DNA of 64,000 nucleotides from an uncultured bacterium (GTDB taxonomy: Bacteria; Desulfobacterota; BSN033; UBA1163). Shown one piece after another: positions 58,303-64,000 of the stretch. Within the stretch, counting starts at the first letter, position 1. The number at the start of each line of letters is the position of its first letter. Under the pieces are notes generated by a model. That model was not told the DNA's origin and did not search any database. It worked only from the letters and a program-made list of their open reading frames with translations. The position numbers were made by a program, and so were the translations under genes. The DNA is taken from assembly GCA_938002255.1 (NCBI GenBank), contig CALLAL010000012.1, positions 41,456-105,455 of the forward strand, given 5' to 3'.

Positions 58303-59484
58303 ATGGATGTTTTTGAAAAATGTGAAAAAGTAAATGAGCAGTACCGATCGGTTTATGAGAGCGGAAACTATTTTTTCTTTCGAAAACTCGAATCCGCCCA
58401 AGATGCTGAGGTCATGGTCAATGGCAGACGGGTGATCATGATTGGATCGAATAACTACCTCGGTCTTACAAACCATCCAAGGGTTAAAGAAGCGGCAATT
58501 AAAGCCGTGGAGAAGTATGGCAGTGGCTGTGCAGGGTCTCGTTTTCTCAACGGAAATCTCGAAATTCATGAAGAATTAGAGACGAAGTTAGCCCGATTCT
58601 TTCGAAAGGAAGCCGCCCTCGTTTTTGCAACAGGTTATCAAACCAATCTTGGGGCTATTTCTGCTCTGGTGGGCAGAAATGATGTAGCTATTATCGACAA
58701 GTATGACCATGCCAGCATCATCGATGGCTGTCGCCTCTCCTTTGGCCAAGTCAAGAAATATCGGCACAATGATATGAAGGATCTTGAAAAAATCCTCGAT
58801 TCCAATAAGGAAAAGGGGAAACTGATTATTGTGGATGGCGTTTTCAGTATGGAGGGAGACATTGCCAACCTGCCTGAGATCGTCAGGCTGGCCAAAACTT
58901 ATGGAGCTCGGGTAATGGTTGATGACGCCCACGGCGTCGGCGTACTGGGAAAAGGAGGGAGAGGAACAGCAGAGCACTTTGGACTGGAAGAAGAAGTTGA
59001 TCTGATCATGGGCACTTACAGCAAATCACTTGCTGCCATTGGTGGATTCGTTGCAGGGTCGTGGGAAGTAGTAAATTTTATTAAACATACAGGCCGCTCC
59101 ATGATCTTTAGCGCCAGCCTTCCCCCTGCACTGGTCGCTTCGGTAAACACGGCATTGGATATCATTGATGAACAACCCCAACTGATTGCCCAACTATGGA
59201 AGAACACAAAAAAAATGCTTCAGGGCTATAAGGAGCTGGGCTTTGATACCGGAACGAGTGAAACGCCGATTATCCCCATCATTCTCGGCGATCCCATGAA
59301 GGTTTTTGGGATGTGTCGGCTTCTCTTTGAAAACGGGGTCTTCGCCAATCCAGTGGCAAGTCCTGCCGTGCCACCGGGACGGGAGCTTCTCAGGACAAGT
59401 TATATGGCTACCCATACCGAAGAACAACTTGATCGGGTCCTTGATGCCTTTCAGAAGGTTGGAAAACAGATGAATCTTATATAA
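58303..59484 (+). CDS. spt: Alpha-oxoamine synthase, serine palmitoyltransferase-like (PLP-dependent)
   Basis: High similarity to Sphingomonas SPT remembered: IGSNNYLGL, YGSGCAGSRFLNG, VFATGYQTNLG, DGVFSMEGDIA, GTYSKS (PLP lysine), FSASLPP. Confidence 0.75.
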   Translation: MDVFEKCEKVNEQYRSVYESGNYFFFRKLESAQDAEVMVNGRRVIMIGSNNYLGLTNHPRVKEAAIKAVEKYGSGCAGSRFLNGNLEIHEELETKLARFFRKEAALVFATGYQTNLGAISALVGRNDVAIIDKYDHASIIDGCRLSFGQVKKYRHNDMKDLEKILDSNKEKGKLIIVDGVFSMEGDIANLPEIVRLAKTYGARVMVDDAHGVGVLGKGGRGTAEHFGLEEEVDLIMGTYSKSLAAIGGFVAGSWEVVNFIKHTGRSMIFSASLPPALVASVNTALDIIDEQPQLIAQLWKNTKKMLQGYKELGFDTGTSETPIIPIILGDPMKVFGMCRLLFENGVFANPVASPAVPPGRELLRTSYMATHTEEQLDRVLDAFQKVGKQMNLI

Positions 59485-60623
59485 TGGATAATGATGAAAT
59501 GGTATCACAAACGCTCTCCCTTCGCCCGGTAGAAAATAAGAAAGACCTACTCACCTTCATCCGATTTCCATGGAAGATTTATAAAAACAATGCCTATTGG
59601 ATCCCACCTCTCATCAAGGAACAACTCCAGAAATTCAGTACAAAATCTCCTTTCCGTTCCCATGCGGAAATGATCCTCTATCTTGCCTATCAAGGAGAGG
59701 AAATTGTAGGAAGAATCGCTGGCATCATTGACCGCAATTATGTCGAATTTCATCAGGAGAAAACTGGATTTTTTGGTTTTTTTGAGTGTGTAAATGCCTC
59801 CGAAGTTTCAAACCTTCTTCTCTCATCGGTTGTCTTCTGGCTCAAGGAGAGGGGAATGGAAAAGATAATGGGCCCGATGAATCCCTCCACCAATGACGAA
59901 TGTGGACTGCTCATCGATGCCTTCGATCGATCGCCTTGTCTGATGATGCCTTATAATCCCCCTTACTACCCTACCCTGATCGAGAATGAGGGGTTTAAGA
60001 AGGCCATGGATCTCTATGCATTCCTCCTTGAAAAAGATACCTTTCATCATGCTCGTCTCGAGCGCGTCACCCAACGAATTTTAAAAAAAGAACCTAACTT
60101 ATCCGTTCGCCCTTTGAATCTTCGTCGATTCAATGAAGAGTTAATGATTATCAAGGAGATTTATAATAACTCCTGGAGCAAGAACTGGGGATTCGTTCCC
60201 ATGACCGAAGAGGAGATTGATGATCTGGCAAAGCATTTAAAACCTCTGGTGGTTCCTGATCTGGTACTCTTCGCTTATTTAGGTGATGAACCCGTGGGTT
60301 TTTCAGCGGCTCTACCGGATTATAATGTGGTTCTTAAACATCTGAATGGGAAATTAGGCCCTCTCGGGCTCATCAAATTTCTTTACTTTTCAAGAAAAAT
60401 CAAATTAGTCCGGATTATGCTCCTTGGGATAAAACTCCCCTTCCAAAAAAGGGGGATTGAAGGACTCCTCTATATTGAAACCTTCAAGAGGGGGATCGCG
60501 AAAGGTTACCTTCAGGGAGAATGTTCCTGGATTCTTGAAAACAATATCCTCATGCAACACGGTATCGAAGCGATGGGAGGGAAACGATATAAAACCTATC
60601 GAATCTATGAAAAGCAGATTTAA
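59484..60623 (+). CDS. GNAT-fold N-acyltransferase-like protein (bacterial ceramide synthase-like candidate)
   Basis: 379-aa soluble protein; C-terminal half fits an acyl-CoA N-acyltransferase fold; its start overlaps the spt stop. Confidence 0.45.
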   Translation: MDNDEMVSQTLSLRPVENKKDLLTFIRFPWKIYKNNAYWIPPLIKEQLQKFSTKSPFRSHAEMILYLAYQGEEIVGRIAGIIDRNYVEFHQEKTGFFGFFECVNASEVSNLLLSSVVFWLKERGMEKIMGPMNPSTNDECGLLIDAFDRSPCLMMPYNPPYYPTLIENEGFKKAMDLYAFLLEKDTFHHARLERVTQRILKKEPNLSVRPLNLRRFNEELMIIKEIYNNSWSKNWGFVPMTEEEIDDLAKHLKPLVVPDLVLFAYLGDEPVGFSAALPDYNVVLKHLNGKLGPLGLIKFLYFSRKIKLVRIMLLGIKLPFQKRGIEGLLYIETFKRGIAKGYLQGECSWILENNILMQHGIEAMGGKRYKTYRIYEKQI

Positions 60624-61483
60624 GCTTCTCTTTCTGCTTTCCATAAGTTGTAAAGTCTGGTCGCAATAAAAACAGAGGCAATGGCAAAGACCGATCCTGC
60701 CATGAGATCGATGACATAGTGGTATCGGAGGTAGATCGTGGAAAAGATTAAACCACAGACAACGGGTAAAAAAAGATAGAAAAGAATCCTTTCATAACGG
60801 TGACTTAAAAAAAGAACCATCAGGGCAATCTGGGTATGCCCACTGGGCATACAATCCCTTTTGTTATGTTCCAGAGCGTTTAAAGTATCTCTCACAAAGT
60901 CGGTGATCCAGCTCCCTTCCAGTGGAACGGTGTAGAGATGGGCCTGAGTAAATCGAGGTCCAATAGCAGGAAAGAGGATATATCCGACAAAGGAGAGGTA
61001 GTATCCAAAAGTCAAGATGAAGATGGCCTGATTGAATTCCTTTTTTCCTTTGAGATAGAGTGTAACGATGAGGATGACCGGCAGGAAATAGTAGCTGAGG
61101 TAAGCAAGGGATAAGAGATCTGTTAACCAGGGGGTGATCCACCGCTGTAACCAGACAGTCGGATGAACACCAAAAAGAGAAAAGTCAATCCGGATCAGAT
61201 AGGGATCGACATCTGGCCAGAGATATTGAATCAAATTTCCGAGGGATTGGTAAGTGAGGATCACAAAGAGAATGGGTGAAAAGTCATTCAAAAACCCTCC
61301 AAGGCCTCTTGCTCCTCTTCGGTCGGCATAAATTTTCAATAGGAACAATAGACCCAAGAGCAAAGTATAAAAAAGAAGCTGAGATCTCCAGAGTGGAATT
61401 TTTTCTTTAAAAAAGAGGGTCAGCAGAAAGAGTCCGATAAGAAAAAGAAAGGTAAGCCCCTGAGTTGGAGTCAATCGCCTCAT
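60620..61483 (-). CDS. PAP2-superfamily membrane protein (lipid phosphatase / phospho-headgroup transferase-like)
   Basis: PAP2 motifs PSGH and SR-x5-H-x3-D (RYHYVIDLMAG); six transmembrane segments; probable start at the internal Met (MRRLTPTQG) rather than the ORF start at 61552. Confidence 0.65.
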   Translation of the reverse strand: MRRLTPTQGLTFLFLIGLFLLTLFFKEKIPLWRSQLLFYTLLLGLLFLLKIYADRRGARGLGGFLNDFSPILFVILTYQSLGNLIQYLWPDVDPYLIRIDFSLFGVHPTVWLQRWITPWLTDLLSLAYLSYYFLPVILIVTLYLKGKKEFNQAIFILTFGYYLSFVGYILFPAIGPRFTQAHLYTVPLEGSWITDFVRDTLNALEHNKRDCMPSGHTQIALMVLFLSHRYERILFYLFLPVVCGLIFSTIYLRYHYVIDLMAGSVFAIASVFIATRLYNLWKAEREA

Positions 61484-61554
61484 GGGAAAATGTCTATAGC
61501 CTAAATCAAGAAAAAGTTCAAGAAAGGTAAGATCCATTTCAAGGAGGCACATCC

Positions 61555-63294
61555 ATGCGATATTCGCAATATCTTCTGCCTACTTCGAGGGAAATCCCCT
61601 CTGAGGCAGAAGTCCCGAGCCATCAATTGATGCTTCGTGCAGGGATGATCCGGAAATTGACCTCTGGCATCTACTCCTATCTTCCCTTCGGTCTCCGGTC
61701 CATTCGAAAAGTGGAAGGAATCATCCGGGAGGAGATGAATCGAGCCGGAGCCATCGAAGTTCTACTGCCAATGGTCCAGCCGGCTGAACTCTGGCAGGAA
61801 AGCCACCGATGGGAAGAGTATGGAAAGGAACTGGCTAGGTTCAGAGACCGCCATAATCGGGAATGCTGTCTTGGACCAACCCATGAAGAAGTGATCACCG
61901 ATATTGCACGGAGGGAGATTCGTTCCTATCGCCAGATGCCCATCAATCTTTACCAGATTCAGACGAAGTTCAGAGATGAAATTCGCCCACGCTTTGGAGT
62001 CATGCGAGCCCGGGAATTCATCATGAAAGATGCCTACAGTTTTGATGTGGACGAAAAGGGTGAAGAGATAAGTTATCGCAAAATGGTTGATGCTTATTGT
62101 CGTATCTTCACCCGCTGTGGTCTCAAATTTAAAGTAGTGGAAGCAGAATCCGGGTTAATCGGAGGAACATACTCTCATGAATTTATGGTCCTGGCCGAAA
62201 CCGGTGAGGAGACCATCGTGAGTTGTACTCAATGCTCCTACGCAGCAAATATTGAGAGGGCCGATTTTAAGAGAACGAAGAAACAAAGCCCATCCTCCCA
62301 TCAGCCGTTCAAAACCCTGCAAAAAGTGTTCACGCCTGATCAGAGAACAGTTGAGGAAGTAACCGAATTTCTGAATCTTTCTGCCTCCGATCTGATTAAA
62401 ACACTCCTCTTTGTCTCAGACAGAGGTCCAGTAGCCGCTCTGGTTCGCGGGGATCATGAAATCAGTGAAAAAAAGTTAAAGGCCTTTCTTAAAACAGATG
62501 ACCTTCAATTAGCTGATGAAGAGACCGTTGAGAAGGTTTCTCGCTCACCAAAAGGATTCGCCGGTCCAATAGGGCTCACAATTCCAATCTATGCTGACCT
62601 TGACATTAAAGAGATGGTAAACTTTGTAACGGGGGCCAATGAAAAGGACTATCATTTCATCCACGTGAACCTAGGCAGAGATTTCCAGGTTTCCCAATTT
62701 ATCGATCTGAGGAGATTTTCTCCAGGAGACCTATGTCCCCTCTGTGGAAACGAAACCAGGTTGGATAAGGGAATCGAAGTGGGACACACCTTCAAGCTGG
62801 GGACTAAATATAGTAAGGTTTTAGGAGCAACGTATCTCGATGATAAAGGAGTCGAAAAAGAGATCGTCATGGGATGTTACGGCATTGGTGTCGGAAGGAC
62901 CGTGGCTGCAGCCATCGAACAATATTATGATGAAAACGGGATTATTTTCCCCATGCCCATCGCCCCTTTTCAGGTCCTTCTGCTGCCCGTGAATTTGAAA
63001 GTGGATATGATCCGCGAAATCTCGGAAGAGCTTTACCAGGGCCTTTTAAAGGAGGGGGTAGAAATTCTTTTCGATGACCGCGAGGAAAGCCCTGGGGTCA
63101 AGTTTAAAGACGCTGACCTGATAGGAATCCCCTTAAGAGTTACCCTGGGGGAAAAGAATTTAAGGAAAGGACTAATCGAAATTAAAAAAAGGAGAACGGG
63201 GGAAGTCGTCCTGGTGACAAGAGAATCTGCCATCCTGGAGATCAAAAAGATGATTGCTCAGGAGATGAAAGAGGGAAGTCCGAATTTCTCCTGA
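61555..63294 (+). CDS. proS: Proline-tRNA ligase (bacterial type)
   Basis: Class II aaRS motifs and a ProRS N-terminus; AGGAGG RBS. Confidence 0.9.
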   Translation: MRYSQYLLPTSREIPSEAEVPSHQLMLRAGMIRKLTSGIYSYLPFGLRSIRKVEGIIREEMNRAGAIEVLLPMVQPAELWQESHRWEEYGKELARFRDRHNRECCLGPTHEEVITDIARREIRSYRQMPINLYQIQTKFRDEIRPRFGVMRAREFIMKDAYSFDVDEKGEEISYRKMVDAYCRIFTRCGLKFKVVEAESGLIGGTYSHEFMVLAETGEETIVSCTQCSYAANIERADFKRTKKQSPSSHQPFKTLQKVFTPDQRTVEEVTEFLNLSASDLIKTLLFVSDRGPVAALVRGDHEISEKKLKAFLKTDDLQLADEETVEKVSRSPKGFAGPIGLTIPIYADLDIKEMVNFVTGANEKDYHFIHVNLGRDFQVSQFIDLRRFSPGDLCPLCGNETRLDKGIEVGHTFKLGTKYSKVLGATYLDDKGVEKEIVMGCYGIGVGRTVAAAIEQYYDENGIIFPMPIAPFQVLLLPVNLKVDMIREISEELYQGLLKEGVEILFDDREESPGVKFKDADLIGIPLRVTLGEKNLRKGLIEIKKRRTGEVVLVTRESAILEIKKMIAQEMKEGSPNFS

Positions 63295-63524
63295 ATCACA
63301 CGTTTAAAACGGGGTCTGTAAATTAATTCAAAAGCCAGTTCTTTTCCAGGAAAGAGTGAAAGAGCGACTTTCTTTGCCTCCTCCACTCTTTGAAAGGCTT
63401 CCTCAGGGGTCAGCTCATCCAGCTGGATGGAAAGGATGGAAAAGTCGATCAGAAATCTTAAAAACCGTATTTTCCGGTTCTCTTCTATGATGGCTTTGTC
63501 TTGTGTTTCTTTATGAGTTGCCAT
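63258..63524 (-). CDS. Small hypothetical protein (uncertain)
   Basis: 88-aa ORF in an otherwise 320-bp non-coding gap; no recognisable motif. Confidence 0.25.
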   Translation of the reverse strand: MATHKETQDKAIIEENRKIRFLRFLIDFSILSIQLDELTPEEAFQRVEEAKKVALSLFPGKELAFELIYRPRFKRVIQEKFGLPSFIS

Positions 63525-63614
63525 ATCTCTTACAAGCCAGTTATATCTGATTCCATTTCTCTTGTAAAGATGAGTTCATTATGATACATTGATGCATGAA
63601 AGGAACCTTCTGTG

Positions 63615-64000
63615 ATGAACCCCCTCGGTCCAACCAGCCCCAAAGACCGAATTATCTTTGCCCTTGATGTAGAACATTTTCACGAAGCCCAGCATTGGGT
63701 CAATCTCTTAAAAGGCCACGTGGGGATTTTCAAGGTTGGAAAACAACTTTTTACCCATTCAGGACCCAAAATCATCGATATGATTACTCAGAAGGGTCAA
63801 AAAGTTTTCCTCGATCTTAAATACCACGACATTCCCAATACAGTGGCAAAGGCCGGAGAGGAAGCCACCAAACATCAAGTGGCGATGTTCAACCTTCATG
63901 CCCTTGGCGGTTTTGAGATGATGAGAAAGACGGTTGAGGCCTCAAGAGCGATTGCCAAACATCTCGAGATCCCAAGGCCTTTGATTCTTGCTGTTACTAT
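63615..64000 (+). CDS. pyrF: Orotidine 5'-phosphate decarboxylase, N-terminal fragment (runs off the window)
   Basis: DRIIFALDV and FLDLKYHDIPNTVA OMP decarboxylase signatures; no stop codon before the window end. Confidence 0.8.
   Translation, partial: MNPLGPTSPKDRIIFALDVEHFHEAQHWVNLLKGHVGIFKVGKQLFTHSGPKIIDMITQKGQKVFLDLKYHDIPNTVAKAGEEATKHQVAMFNLHALGGFEMMRKTVEASRAIAKHLEIPRPLILAVT

Noticed and set aside
1-64000. tRNA, rRNA, CRISPR and IS elements
   Set aside because: No intergenic region longer than about 320 bp exists. None of the gaps shows tRNA-like T-loop (GTTCGAnnC) acceptor structure, repeat-spacer periodicity or terminal inverted repeats with a transposase ORF.

Overview
The window is a gene-dense bacterial chromosomal segment with almost no non-coding space. 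No rRNA, tRNA, CRISPR array or mobile element could be supported from the sequence. It divides into six blocks.

(1) 1-1500: the 3' end of uvrA, a glutaredoxin gene and a hypothetical gene.

(2) 1.6-23.4 kb: a co-directional catabolic supra-operon of about 22 kb. It encodes a GntR regulator, a split B12-dependent acyl-CoA mutase, a dehydrogenase-hydratase fusion, two TRAP transporters of different classes, two CoA ligases (AMP-binding and PaaK-type), a hydantoinase A/B pair and a three-subunit xanthine-dehydrogenase-family molybdenum hydroxylase. The gene content closely resembles the anaerobic indoleacetate (iaa) degradation clusters of Aromatoleum/Azoarcus.

(3) 23.6-29.6 kb: signal-transduction genes. 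These are a multi-PAS hybrid kinase, an excisionase-type HTH protein, a REC-kinase with a degenerate GGDEF-like tail, and a CheY-like regulator.

(4) 29.7-47.0 kb: an MSHA-like type IV pilus locus on the + strand (pilC, minor pilins, pilX-like, a pilM-pilN fusion, pilO, pilP, a lipoprotein secretin, mshM/mshN-like genes and an mshE-like ATPase). It converges on a minus-strand operon of two tandem pilin paralogues followed by translationally coupled YfhO-family (GT-C-like), methyltransferase and GT2 genes. That operon is a candidate pilin-glycosylation system and sits behind a sigma-54-like promoter.

(5) 47.1-51.1 kb (minus strand): a molybdenum-hydroxylase maturation operon (mocA-like, yqeB, yqeC, a hypothetical gene and xdhC). 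It points to a selenium-dependent molybdenum hydroxylase.

(6) 51.2-64 kb: a redox and stress block (UspA, an octaheme cytochrome c, a zinc-ribbon protein, a Tat-exported SOD-family protein, bacterioferritin and a molybdopterin oxidoreductase). It is followed by a cerR-like epimerase, a serine palmitoyltransferase-family gene, a GNAT-like acyltransferase and a PAP2-family gene, which together look like a bacterial ceramide/sphingolipid locus, and then proS and the start of pyrF.
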